A DNA stretch of 64,000 nucleotides from a bacterium (lineage in GTDB: Bacteria > Krumholzibacteriota > Krumholzibacteriia > LZORAL124-64-63): the NCBI GenBank assembly GCA_024229695.1, contig JAAESD010000325.1, forward strand, positions 32,958-96,957, written 5' to 3'. The position numbers were made by a program, and so were the translations under genes. Below, piece by piece: positions 1 through 17,241 of the stretch. The notes below the pieces were generated by a model. That model made no database searches, was not told the DNA's origin, and was given only the letters and a program-made list of their open reading frames with translations. Within the stretch, counting starts at the first letter, position 1. Every line of letters starts with the position of its first letter.

Positions 1-2499
1 TCGTGGCAGGAAGCGAGCGAGTTACGCTGGATGGAACGTTGCTGGTTCGGGGGCAGGACCGTGATTATGTAATCGATTATATCCGAGGCCGAATCACATT
101 CACCTATAAACAACTAATTACTGCTGACAGCGAAATCGTTGTTGAATATGAAGAAGGTCAGGGGCAGTACAGCAGAACAATAGCTGCTGCTGATGTGAAT
201 CGTGAAGCAGAGGTGGGCAATTTTCACACAGACTTTGGAGTACGTCTTACTCGCGAAACCGATGATCCAACTCGTTTGAGAAGCGGAGAACTGACTGAAC
301 AGGATAGAGATGCTCTTTCTAGTGCAGGAGACAACCAGAATGATGCTGTAAACGATTATGTTGAGATGGTTGATGCAGGAAGTGGGCAATATAGTATCGT
401 CGATATAGGCGGTGTGGACTCTTATCTGTGGGATGCTGTTACTGGCCAGTACAATCCCGGGTTCTTTCATGCCGGGGATGGCATGGGAGATTATGGAGTC
501 GATTCACTGACTGTTTCTGGAGCAGTTGTTTACGGTTATCGAGGACCTGGAAATGGTAGTTATCAAGTTGGCCGCATGCTTGCAATGCCAGAGCAACAAC
601 AAGTCGCAACGCTGACAGCCAGTGTTGCAACGGATGAAAAAAATGTGGCGACTGTTGAGTGGAATGCCAGCAAAATTGATTTCAACACACTGTCTGCAAT
701 TGATGACAATAACAACGACGGCACTGCTTTGTTTGCCACCATTGATAGTGGTGAAAAGAAAATTCATGCAGGACAGCGATCTGTTGGAACAGTTGGGATC
801 AAGGGACATTATCGCCAGCGTGATGCCGAATTCAGATCATTTATAACTCGGGACAAGCTGTTCAACTATACCCGTTGGGGTTTGGGCAGAAGAGCGATGC
901 AACCATCATTTCTGGAGGAAAAAGATTCTGAGGCATCGGTTACTGGATACTGGAAAATTGGGGAGAATAATTCAAGCGCAAATCTGGAAATCAGCAAAGA
1001 AGGAATGACTCACGGGCAGTCGCTTTCTGCAAATCTGATCAAAACCAGAAGCTCGGCTATGCACAATGGTTACAAGTGGCAAGGAGCATGGGAGCAGGCA
1101 GATGCTCTGGACGATGTTGATCCGCTTGATATAAAAAGGGAATTGCAATCACAAAAAATAGCGATCCATAAAGGTATTATTCAGCCGGAGATTTCGTGGA
1201 ACAAGATTGAAGATATCGATTCAGCCGCTGGTGATACTGTCTCAAGTGGATATCGATTGGAACGTTGGCAGACAGGATTAAAATCTTCGCCAGAATTATC
1301 AACTCAATGGGAAGTGTCATTTGAACGCGGCCTTGCGGATTCATTGAGGGCAGGCTTATGGACCAGAGAGCGGGACAGCAGAACCAGTCGACTTGCATTG
1401 ACATCTTCACAGTACCTGGGAATGCGATTCTCCGGAGACGGCACTCTGCGCAAAGTTAAAGTTCCCGACAGTTCAGATCTGACAACAAGACTTGCTCGCT
1501 CTACACTCTCTGCCGATTGGAATAGAATCGGAAGTAAATGGAGCCTGGCTTACAGCATCGACAACAGCCGTGCAGAGGTGATGGACAGGCAGATTGTTTT
1601 CGTTGGTGATCACGAAGGTGACTATAACCAGAATGGTGATTTCGTCGGATTGCATCAGGGCGATTTCAATGTTGTAACTGTTGGTACAGACAGCCTGGTT
1701 GCAACTACTGAAGTCAGTACAGATTTGCTGTGGAAGCAGAATTTTGCTTTTCTGGGTAAAGATAAAATTTATGGCGCATGGTCAACTACTACTCATATAA
1801 AAGCTCGCAGCAGAAGTCTCAGCAACGACATGACTAGACTTCTAACCTTCAATCCCGAGACTTTGTTTGATCCTGAGGAATCTGTCCTTGGTGATGTTAC
1901 CTGGCGTCAGGATATGGTGCTGCTGAAGCATTCACGTCGATGGGATATGCGTCTCAAGCATGAGTTCAATAAGGCACTGGATAAACAATATGCCACTCAT
2001 CCCGAGCAGAGGCTACGGCGAAATGCCGATCTGATTTTGTCATGCAATATATCTCAAGTCTCATCTCTGAGGGCAAGTAGTAATCGAATATTTGAACAGC
2101 GAACAACTGCAGAATCTGGTTACAGCAGTAATCGAAGTTATCTCAGTACAACTGCCAGCCAATCTCTTGAGTGGAACTATCGACCAGGTGGTGGGCAGAA
2201 TTATGCAATCGCAATGGATTATGTGGAGCGCGATGACGCAGTATCAGGTGTATCACAAACAGAGTATGGCCTTGAGCCAAAAGCCAGATTCCGTTTGAAA
2301 TCAAAATGGAGTGGGCTTGCCGAGTTCAGAATATCTGAAGTTACAAGCGAGGAACCTCCAGGTTCATTGCGGCCATATTTTTATCCGGTCAACGGCAACA
2401 ATAATGAAGTGACATTGAGAATTGCGTGGGAGCCTACCGATAATATTACAATTTCGCTTGTTCACTTCGGGCGCAAACGTGGTGACAGGGGGTGGCAAC

Positions 2500-8879
<6,380 letters not shown>

Positions 8880-8880
<1 letters not shown>

Positions 8881-10202
8881 TGGAGAGACCGATGACAAGC
8901 AAAGCCAGAATAGACCAAAACCTGCTTGATTCAGGTCCGGTTGACCATATAGTCACTGGCATTGGACAACTTTGTACAATGGAGCCAGGGGACGGAATCG
9001 CGGCTTCGCCACGTCGTGGTGAAATGCTATCGGAAATTGGTGCTATCACCGATGCTGCATTTGCAATCAAAGATGGTAAAATTGCTGCTGTTGCAAAAGC
9101 TGATGAATTAGAAAAACTTGTTACAATTGGTCCTGATACTACAGGTGAAGATGTCGACGGGCGATTGGTTCTGCCCGGTTTCGTCGATCCACATACACAC
9201 ACGGTTTTTGGTAAAACCAGGCAAGATGAATACGATCGTAGAATCAAGGGTGAGACTTATCTGGAAATTGCTGCAGCTGGTGGAGGTATACACTCATCGG
9301 TAAATGATCTGCGTTCTCGCAGCAGCGAAAACTTACTGGAATTAACGTGCAACAGACTTGCCGATATGCTTGAAGCAGGCACTACAACTGTTGAAATTAA
9401 AAGCGGTTATGGACTGAGCCTTGAAGATGAACTTCGTATGTTGGAAATTGCCAGAGAGGCTGGGGAAAATGTAAATATCGGCACAATCCTGACCTGTCTT
9501 GCAGCTCATGAAGTACCAAAAGAATTCAAAAACAACAGGGAAGAATACATCAATCTTATCTGCCAGAAGGTCCTTCCAGCAGTAACTGAACGATCTCTTG
9601 CTCAGCGCCTTGATGTATTCTGTGAACCCACTGTGTTTACGCTCAAGGAAACTGAGAAAATAATAAAATGTGGAATGGGCCTTGGCCTGCGAGCTACAGT
9701 TCATGCTGATGAGCTTGCAACTTATGGTGCTGCGCAGTTAGCTGCTGAACTTGGTGCAGACTCTGCCGACCATCTGATTCAGATCGATTCTGCAGGCATT
9801 GCTGCTCTGGCAAAATCAGACACAGTAGCTGTTGTTCTTCCAGGAACTGTATTTTCTCTTGGTATCGACAAATGGGCACCAGCCAGAAAGATGATTGATC
9901 AGGGTGTTGCCGTTGCTTTGGCCACAGACTTTAATCCTGGCAGTAGCCCAATTCGTTCAATGCAGGTTATCATGTCCATTGCTTGTACTCAGATGAAAAT
10001 GACTCCTGCGGAAGCTCTTGTCGCATCGACAATAAATTCTGCTTCAGCACTTGGATTGTCAGATCAAGTAGGTTCAATCGCTCCAGGAAAATGTGCAGAC
10101 TATCTGATTCTGGACTACGACGATTATCGACTTGTCCCATATCATACAGGACACAACAGCGTAGTTGCTGTATTCCGTAATGGAGAGCAGGTAGTTGGGT
10201 GA
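8880..10202 (+). CDS. Amidohydrolase, imidazolonepropionase (HutI)-like
   Basis: Metal-binding DPHTHTVFG. GETYLEIAAAGGGIHSSV and DFNPGSSP motifs resemble HutI-family amidohydrolases. Start ambiguous (TTG 8877, ATG 8880 or ATG 8892). Confidence 0.6.
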
Positions 10203-11932
10203 AGAAGTTCATAATCTTTCTCTTTATTGCTTCCTCTGCATTCTGCCACGATAAGGATGGCTCTGCAGACTGGTCGCCGTTTGAATGGACTCTGGCAGCA
10301 ACTCTTTCAGGGCAGTATCCACTTGTTTCTGTAACCGATGGCGGAATCGGAGCAAGGACGCTATTTCTTACTGAATCGGGAACATCTACAACCACAGATT
10401 ATTATCGCAATGGAGTTCCCCTTGGATTTGGGCATCAGTGGTTGGATAGTCCATGGCATATCTCGCTAGCTGGTGTCGATGTCCTTTCGTGTAGCAATTC
10501 TAAAATAAATCTTGGTTGGGCACCCACTGATAGCAACAGCACAATTGTCGATGCTCGATTCGGCAAAGCTCAGCACGAATCATATTTGCGTCGTATATCG
10601 TTCAGAACCAGAACAGCCCCCTGGCAGATCAGGTTTTCTTTTGATGAGATTATCGATGAAGAGGGATATGACCTGGCGCTGCCTGATGATTTGCGAAATC
10701 TCTATCCAGGAAGTTCCAAGTCTAGAATTACAACCCTAAATATTCAACGACAATACCCGGAAGGTCAGCATCTCTCTTTTACTCATGAAAATATTCGCCA
10801 GCACAGAACAGTTATCCCATCGACAGGAATCACTTTTGAGGAATTCTGGGGAGATCGGACCTCTGCTACCTGGCTTACTCCTGTTGGTGATTCAAAATTA
10901 GGAGTAACTGTTTTCAGCAATGGTGGCGATACAGAGCGTGAAAGAGGCAGAAAAGTGGAAAGCGTCAGGACAGGTTTGCTGACTGCGTATTCCATAGCCA
11001 ATAGGGGCACTTTGTCGATGCTGGTTACTGCTGACCGGATTGCCGACAATGGGATTGGAATTAATGTTCCAGGATACTTTCAAGCAAATTCAGTAGGCAG
11101 ACAACAAGCTGATCTCAACTGGAAGTCAGATTACAATATTGTCGGGTTTGATTTGAACCATGATGTAACTGCAAAATGGGACTGTATAACTAATTGGAAA
11201 GCCAACCGCACAATTACAATCCGCAAATCGATATTTTCTTTTATTGCATCTATGGGTGGCCGCACTCCCGGTAGTGATAAGCTGTGGACTCTTGATTCCC
11301 GTAGCAGCGCCGACTCTATTTACGCAATTATTCCAGACAGAAATCTTGATTGGGAAGACTACAAAAAAATAAGCTGCAGTGCAGCGGGCAAACTTGTCGG
11401 TTTTGATTGGGGACTTACAGGTACACTCAATTCATTGACCGATGGTATCGGCTATCAGCCATTGCAAACCCCAGGTCATTACAGCTGGACTAATAATGTT
11501 GAAATGAAAAGCTGGTCTGCAAACAGCAAGCTGGAGAGAACTCTGAACCTGTTTGGAAGGCTACATATACGGTCTCTATATTCTTTTGGCGGCACAGATG
11601 TTACAGAGGGTATCCCGGCAGTTATAATGCCGGAACAGTCTGGCAATATTCAATTACTATGGGAACGCAGATTGTTTGACAATGATGGTATAATTGAAAT
11701 CGGTTTTGAAAACGAGTATCGCGGAAGTATGCAGGATCCCTGGATCCCTGGTGGATCAATTGAGTTGCCATCAATGTTTTTACAGCACCTGCGGTTTGGT
11801 TTCCGTCTAATTGGTGCTGACCTGGGTATCGATTTCCGAAACCTTGGTGGATCTCAAGTAAGACTTTCCAACGGAGCATTGAGCAATACAACTGAAATGC
11901 GTTATCGGTTGCATTGGACGCTTTATAATTAA
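10199..11932 (+). CDS. Hypothetical secreted protein, probable outer-membrane beta-barrel
   Basis: GTG start overlapping the upstream stop (GTGA). N-terminal signal peptide MKKFIIFLFIASSAFC. Amphipathic beta-strand-like composition, aromatic-rich, no recognisable catalytic motif. Confidence 0.45.
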   Translation: MKKFIIFLFIASSAFCHDKDGSADWSPFEWTLAATLSGQYPLVSVTDGGIGARTLFLTESGTSTTTDYYRNGVPLGFGHQWLDSPWHISLAGVDVLSCSNSKINLGWAPTDSNSTIVDARFGKAQHESYLRRISFRTRTAPWQIRFSFDEIIDEEGYDLALPDDLRNLYPGSSKSRITTLNIQRQYPEGQHLSFTHENIRQHRTVIPSTGITFEEFWGDRTSATWLTPVGDSKLGVTVFSNGGDTERERGRKVESVRTGLLTAYSIANRGTLSMLVTADRIADNGIGINVPGYFQANSVGRQQADLNWKSDYNIVGFDLNHDVTAKWDCITNWKANRTITIRKSIFSFIASMGGRTPGSDKLWTLDSRSSADSIYAIIPDRNLDWEDYKKISCSAAGKLVGFDWGLTGTLNSLTDGIGYQPLQTPGHYSWTNNVEMKSWSANSKLERTLNLFGRLHIRSLYSFGGTDVTEGIPAVIMPEQSGNIQLLWERRLFDNDGIIEIGFENEYRGSMQDPWIPGGSIELPSMFLQHLRFGFRLIGADLGIDFRNLGGSQVRLSNGALSNTTEMRYRLHWTLYN

Positions 11933-11955
11933 TCTCCCAGTCTGGTTTTGGAACA

Positions 11956-12366
11956 TTGCGGTATCGACCACTAATCGGTATGTCTATTTTGCTATGTGTA
12001 ATTCTCGCTGGACGGATTGTAAGACATTACTTGTTACTGGGGGCACCAGGAGAGTGGAAATCGGAATTATTATTTGAAAAATATTTACCTGAGTTACCTG
12101 TCGAAATAATAGAAGAACCTCCACCGGAGGGGCCATTTTTAATCAACGAAACAACCGCGGATACTTTGTGCTTTATAAAAGGAGTAGGGCCTGTTCTTGC
12201 TGCTAGAATTATTGCATATCGGGACTCGGTAGGTCCATTCCAAAACAAAGATGATTTGCAACATGTAAAAGGTGTGGGTCCTTCACTCTCGCAGCGCATA
12301 GTAGAAAAAGTACTTTTTCAAATAGCTGAAGCCAGTAGCTCAAGTTGTGCAGATTCTTGTCGATAG
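11956..12366 (+). CDS. comEA: ComEA-like helix-hairpin-helix DNA-binding protein
   Basis: N-terminal membrane anchor. Tandem HhH motifs IKGVGPVLAARII ... VKGVGPSLSQRIV, typical of ComEA DNA receptors. Confidence 0.7.
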   Translation: MRYRPLIGMSILLCVILAGRIVRHYLLLGAPGEWKSELLFEKYLPELPVEIIEEPPPEGPFLINETTADTLCFIKGVGPVLAARIIAYRDSVGPFQNKDDLQHVKGVGPSLSQRIVEKVLFQIAEASSSSCADSCR

Positions 12367-12398
12367 TATTCTAAGGGAACTATAACCTTGGAGCTTTT

Positions 12399-13559
12399 GT
12401 GAATAATTTGCTGCTGACAATCCTTACTCTTGTTGTTTCGCTAATTGTAACAACCGCCTGGTACTACGAGCGCAAATGGCGAGTTGCGGGTAACGATAAA
12501 ATTAAAAGTGCCGAGTTGGGCTTTAAAGAAGTGATGGATAGCATTACAAGTGGGTTAGTGCTTGTCGATAAAGAAGGTCATATCTCTTACGCAAATAGTT
12601 CTGGGTATATGATTCTGGGGCTTCCTGCAAATTGTATCTCCGAACATATAATCGACTGCACTTCATTCAAATGGTCTGGGCTTGAGAATGCCGTTTTGAA
12701 AATATTAAAAAATGGTGGTAGCATTTCCAGGCAGGAATTTGATGGCATAAATGATTTTGAAGGTCGATTGCTTGGTGCTGCAGTAAGTACACTCGATAAT
12801 GGTGGAGCAGTTATAGTGTGCAGCGATATTACAGAAGTCCGCAAACTTGAGCAGGCAAAGCGAGATTCGGAACAGATGGCCTCTGTTGGCGAACTGGCTG
12901 CAAGTATTGCCCATGAAATAAGGAACCCTCTTGGCAGCATTAGAGGTAGTGCTGAACTTCTTTTTGAGACAGTAAATATTAAAGATGATGAAAAAATGTT
13001 GTTTGATCTGATTATCCGGGAAAGCAGCAGAGTAAATATAATTATTTCAGATTTTCTGAAATACGCTCGTGTTAGAAAACCTGTGTTGAAGCCATGTGAT
13101 ATAAAACCGATACTTAAAGAAGCTGTTTTGCAGTTACAAGTTCACGCAAAACATAACAATGGAAATGTACTGGTTAAAGAGTATGTCGAGCCAGAACTGC
13201 CAGATCTCCTGGTTGATGAGAATCAACTACGCCAGTTATTATTGAACCTGGGAATCAATGCTATTGAAGCAATGAATTACGTCGGCGAAATTTCACTGGC
13301 AGTGCGCAGTGTTGATGAAAATAACTGCATGATAGAAGTTATAGACTCCGGTGCTGGACTGGAAGAAGAAAAAATAGGCGAACTGTTTAACCCGTTCCAT
13401 ACTACAAAGGCCACAGGTAGTGGGCTGGGTCTACCACTTGTAAAACGCATTGCAGAATCTCATCATGGGTCTGTAGCAGCTTGTAACAGCATTGATGGTG
13501 GTGCCTGTTTCAGAGTTAACTTACCAACAGTAATGGCATTAGAACTCCAACCTTCCTAA
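12399..13559 (+). CDS. Sensor histidine kinase (membrane anchor, PAS, HisKA, HATPase)
   Basis: GTG start. N-terminal TM segment. H-box SIAHEIRNPL. N/G boxes (LNLGINAIEAM ... IDSGAGL ... GSGLGL). Confidence 0.85.
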   Translation: MNNLLLTILTLVVSLIVTTAWYYERKWRVAGNDKIKSAELGFKEVMDSITSGLVLVDKEGHISYANSSGYMILGLPANCISEHIIDCTSFKWSGLENAVLKILKNGGSISRQEFDGINDFEGRLLGAAVSTLDNGGAVIVCSDITEVRKLEQAKRDSEQMASVGELAASIAHEIRNPLGSIRGSAELLFETVNIKDDEKMLFDLIIRESSRVNIIISDFLKYARVRKPVLKPCDIKPILKEAVLQLQVHAKHNNGNVLVKEYVEPELPDLLVDENQLRQLLLNLGINAIEAMNYVGEISLAVRSVDENNCMIEVIDSGAGLEEEKIGELFNPFHTTKATGSGLGLPLVKRIAESHHGSVAACNSIDGGACFRVNLPTVMALELQPS

Positions 13560-13687
13560 TCGTGCATTTCGCAATTATTTTTTTCAAATTTCAATAATTC
13601 TCTCAAGTAGATTGTTTCCTTGTCGATAATAATATCAAGAAATAATCATTAATTACAGCAGGGTAAAACCTGTCGGGAGAAGGATAA

Positions 13688-15085
13688 ATGTCTGATCATA
13701 CTGTACTTATTGTTGATGATGAAGAATCGATGCTTCAATACTTGTCAATATTATTAACCCGAGAAGGCTACAAGGTAGATACTGCCAACAGTGGTTTGGA
13801 AGCGTTGCAAAAAATGGAGAATTCACCATTTGATGTTGTGTTGACAGACATACAAATGCCTGGCCTGGATGGCATTCAGGTTCTTAAGGGAATCAAAGCT
13901 ATTGATTCAACTACACCGGTAATAATGATAACCGCATATGCCGATGAGCAGACTGCGATTCATGCAGTTAATCATGGTGCGTACTCATATCTTCATAAAC
14001 ATTGCAAGAATGATGAGATCAAGCTTGTAGTGCGAAATGCTGCTGCACTGCGTGAAGTAAAAAAAGAAAACGTGCAACTTAAATCCGAAATCACACGCAG
14101 CAAAAAGAGCACAAAGATTATTGGCCAAAGTCGGGAGATGAATGGCCTTTTCAGACTTGTCGACAAAATTGCAGATACAACTGCAACGGTTCTTATCCAT
14201 GGTGAAAGTGGAACAGGTAAAGAGTTGATTGCGAAATCAATTCATGAGAGAAGTAGTCGCACAAAAGAGCCATTTGTAGCTATAAACTGTGGGGCAATTC
14301 CGGAGACACTGCTAGAGAGTCAGTTATTTGGCCATGTAAAAGGTTCATTTACTGGTGCTGACAAAGATCACAATGGGTTCTGTCAACAAGCAGTTGGTGG
14401 TACAATATTCCTGGATGAGATTGGTGAAACTCCTTTGGCAATTCAGGTCAAACTATTGCGAATGCTGCAGGAAAGAGAAATCTATCCTGTTGGTGCCAGC
14501 CAACCGATAAAAGTAGACCTTCGGGTAATCGCTGCGACTAACAAGGATTTGGCTCAAGAAGTTGCTACAGGAAAGTTTCGGGAGGACTTGTTCTATCGTT
14601 TGAATGTTATTCCAGTTGCTCTGCCATCATTGCGTCAGCGAAGAGATGACATTCCGCTTCTGGTTGATCATTTCCTAAAAAGACACATTACTGAATATAA
14701 AGGTCAGCTCAAGACCGCTGTAGCAGATGAAGCCTTAACAATTCTGCAATCATACGACTGGCCAGGTAATGTTAGGGAATTGGAGAATGTAATCGAGAGA
14801 GCTTGTATAATCAGAGATAGTGAAATAATATCAGCTATAGATTTGCCTGGAATCAATGCGGGTCTGGAGGAGATCAATAATTGCAGTCCTTCAGTTGGAA
14901 CCCATATTCCTTTGGAGGATGTCGAAAAGGCACACATTATAACTGTTCTCAACAGTGTGGGTGGACGCAAGAAACAGGCTTCGGAAATATTGGATATCAA
15001 TCCTTCAACACTATATAGAAAATTATTGAAGTACGGTATTGAAGAAGAGACAGCTGTTGAAGAAGCTGAACCAGTTCTGGTTTAG
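13688..15085 (+). CDS. Sigma-54-dependent response regulator (REC, AAA+, HTH), NtrC/PilR family
   Basis: REC domain with DVVLTDIQMPGLDG. AAA+ Walker A GESGTGKE, GAFTGA-like ESQLFGHVKGSFTGA, arginine finger, C-terminal Fis-type HTH. Confidence 0.9.
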   Translation: MSDHTVLIVDDEESMLQYLSILLTREGYKVDTANSGLEALQKMENSPFDVVLTDIQMPGLDGIQVLKGIKAIDSTTPVIMITAYADEQTAIHAVNHGAYSYLHKHCKNDEIKLVVRNAAALREVKKENVQLKSEITRSKKSTKIIGQSREMNGLFRLVDKIADTTATVLIHGESGTGKELIAKSIHERSSRTKEPFVAINCGAIPETLLESQLFGHVKGSFTGADKDHNGFCQQAVGGTIFLDEIGETPLAIQVKLLRMLQEREIYPVGASQPIKVDLRVIAATNKDLAQEVATGKFREDLFYRLNVIPVALPSLRQRRDDIPLLVDHFLKRHITEYKGQLKTAVADEALTILQSYDWPGNVRELENVIERACIIRDSEIISAIDLPGINAGLEEINNCSPSVGTHIPLEDVEKAHIITVLNSVGGRKKQASEILDINPSTLYRKLLKYGIEEETAVEEAEPVLV

Positions 15086-15096
15086 GAGGATTGCTT

Positions 15097-15555
15097 TTGG
15101 AAAATCATAAATTGACAAAAGCGGATCTTGCTCTGATTTCAATACTAGTTTTGATTATAGCTATTGCCTTGGCTCCGCACATCAAGTCGATGAAAGTTAA
15201 CTACAGAAACATTGAAGTTAGACATAATTGTCGAATCGTTCAGAATGCACTTGAGCAATATGCGCTCGGCAATAATGGAAGCTATCCAAAATATACTTCT
15301 GAAGAGAATCAAAATGGTAATACACTGATTGATTTTCTACCTGAACAGGCCTTGTTGAGGAATCCGTATTCACAGCAATTCACAGAACCTGAATTCTTCA
15401 ACGGAAAACAATGCGGGAAAACTCAGTATAAACCTCTGATAATTAACAATTCATGTGAGAGTTATGTTGTTATTGGGTGGGGGATATGCATGGAAACTCC
15501 GTTGATTGAACTAAGGAATCAATTCTCCAATAAGTTGGCTCTAAGCTCCAATTAA
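15097..15555 (+). CDS. Small membrane-anchored protein with pilin-like N-terminal architecture (hypothetical)
   Basis: Start moved to TTG 15097, 6 nt after AGGAGGA (the track's TTG 15091 abuts the SD). Hydrophobic helix LALISILVLIIAIALAP then ...NYRN..., loosely resembling a type IV pilin alpha1 helix, but lacking the canonical G/FTLIE prepilin motif. Conserved Cys pair near the C-terminus. Confidence 0.35.
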   Translation: MENHKLTKADLALISILVLIIAIALAPHIKSMKVNYRNIEVRHNCRIVQNALEQYALGNNGSYPKYTSEENQNGNTLIDFLPEQALLRNPYSQQFTEPEFFNGKQCGKTQYKPLIINNSCESYVVIGWGICMETPLIELRNQFSNKLALSSN

Positions 15556-15592
15556 ACTGTTCAATTTCATAGCTAACGCATATTCTTGACTT

Positions 15593-16102
15593 ATGTGGAT
15601 TTCATTAATTGGATTTATGGGCTGTGGTAAAAGTGCTGTTGCCAATGTAGTTGGCACAAATATTGGCTTGCCCATTATTGAATCAGATAAAATTATCTCA
15701 GAATTAATTGGCCAAACTATTACAGAAATATTCAATACTTCAGGTCAGGAACATTTCAGGTCACAAGAATTGGCTGTAGTAAATACCCTTGAAAAAAACA
15801 CATCCTATATTATTTCCACTGGTGGAGGAGCTGTTGAAACTCCTGAGTTAATAAAGCTTCTAAAGCAGAATGGAATTGTTATATGGCTTGACAGGCCATG
15901 GGGTCAGATTATTTCTGAAATTGGATCTGATACCAAACGTCCGCTTGTCGCATCTCTAAGCTCTGATGAATTACATGCTATATACTCACGCAGGTGCTTA
16001 CAATATAAGTCAGCTGCTGACTATAGAATAGATACTGGAACACTTTCTGTTGCACTGGCCGCAGATAAGGTTAATGAAATCAGGAGAGAATGTGAGAGTT
16101 AG
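15593..16102 (+). CDS. aroK: Shikimate kinase
   Basis: Walker A GFMGCGKS at the N-terminus. 169 aa, typical length. STGGG motif. Confidence 0.85.
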   Translation: MWISLIGFMGCGKSAVANVVGTNIGLPIIESDKIISELIGQTITEIFNTSGQEHFRSQELAVVNTLEKNTSYIISTGGGAVETPELIKLLKQNGIVIWLDRPWGQIISEIGSDTKRPLVASLSSDELHAIYSRRCLQYKSAADYRIDTGTLSVALAADKVNEIRRECES

Positions 16103-16637
16103 TGGTGGCAAATGGAGCGGGCGCAAGCTCAAGCATCCTGGTAAATCTCCCATCCGGCCAACCTCGGATCGGGTCAAGGAGATGTTGTTCAGCATTATAG
16201 GTGATAAGATTATCGATGCCTATGTTGTTGACCTATGTTGTGGAACAGGTAGTCTCGGTATCGAAGCTTTGAGCAGAGGTGCAACATTTGTTTCTTTCGT
16301 GGATATTGCATCCGATTCTTTAAAATCAACAGCTGCCAATTTGAATTTGTGTAACGCAGAAACTGAAAACTATAAATTACATCGATCGGATTCCATCCGT
16401 TTCATGAAATCACATTGTCCCGACCACAAGAGATTAATCGTACTGGCTGATCCTCCATACAATGCGGATGCCACATCTAAAATATGGGCGGAACTGGTTA
16501 ACTGTATCGATAGTGGCAAGGCAATCTTTATTGCAGTAGAGCATGAGACAGGCATGGAGTTGTCTTCTGAATCTAAAACTGGTACTGTTGATGTACGTAG
16601 AGCTGGTAATTCTTCTTTATCGATCCTGGAGAAATAG
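16074..16637 (+). CDS. rsmD: 16S rRNA (guanine966-N2)-methyltransferase RsmD
   Basis: SAM-binding motif DLCCGTGSLGIEALSRGA and DPPY motif (LADPPY) diagnostic of RsmD/N6-MTase fold. Start within the aroK 3' overlap (ATG 16074 or GTG 16092). Confidence 0.8.
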   Translation: MKSGENVRVSGGKWSGRKLKHPGKSPIRPTSDRVKEMLFSIIGDKIIDAYVVDLCCGTGSLGIEALSRGATFVSFVDIASDSLKSTAANLNLCNAETENYKLHRSDSIRFMKSHCPDHKRLIVLADPPYNADATSKIWAELVNCIDSGKAIFIAVEHETGMELSSESKTGTVDVRRAGNSSLSILEK

Positions 16638-17123
16638 ATGGGAAATCGATCTGCAATATATGCCGGAACTTTTGATCCTGTTACCAATGGACATATGGAC
16701 ATTATTTCCAGAGCCGCAAACCTTTTTGATCACATAACGATTGCTGTCAGCCAAGAGGGTCGAAGCACTTTGTTCGATCATGAAGAGCGAATCGAGATGA
16801 TTACTGAAGCTGTCGCATCGGTCTCAATCCCAAATTGTAAGGTCGTAAGCTTCAAAGGGCTCCTTGTTGATACAATGAAAGAGCTTCAGACCACAATTGC
16901 CATTCGTGGAGTAAGGTCTGCTGTTGAATTATATGACGAACAACAAATGGCTTTGATGAATTCAATTCTGGACAGTGATGTTGAGTCAGTGATTTTGTTT
17001 GCGAAACCATCGCTGTCAATGATTAGCGCGTCTCTGGTCCGTGAAGTTGCCAGATGTGGTGGTGAATTGTCTGAATTTGTTCCCGTTTGTGTTGCAAAAA
17101 AACTTCATTCTAAGTTCGCTTGA
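16638..17123 (+). CDS. coaD: Phosphopantetheine adenylyltransferase
   Basis: AIYAGTFDPVTNGHMDII (T/HxGH nucleotidyltransferase motif). 161 aa. SD GGAGAAATAG then ATG. Confidence 0.9.
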   Translation: MGNRSAIYAGTFDPVTNGHMDIISRAANLFDHITIAVSQEGRSTLFDHEERIEMITEAVASVSIPNCKVVSFKGLLVDTMKELQTTIAIRGVRSAVELYDEQQMALMNSILDSDVESVILFAKPSLSMISASLVREVARCGGELSEFVPVCVAKKLHSKFA

Positions 17124-17241
17124 ACGTAAACTGATGTTTACTTTTTGTATAGATTCTGTCAACTTCAGGCTCGACTTGCCGGACCTGTTTCAGTTCTGAT
17201 TTATTATCAACAAACTTTGGTAAATAATAAAAGAGGTTACA

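Noticed and set aside
15091-15096. TTG start at 15091 as given by the ORF track
   Set aside because: It directly abuts AGGAGGA with zero spacer. The in-frame TTG at 15097 has a proper 6-nt spacing.
15070-15100. Possible sigma-54 (-24/-12) promoter TGG-N10-TTGC just before the pilin-like ORF
   Set aside because: The GG-to-GC spacing is 2 nt longer than the TGGCAC-N5-TTGCW consensus, and the element overlaps the stop codon and SD of the regulator gene. Not credible.
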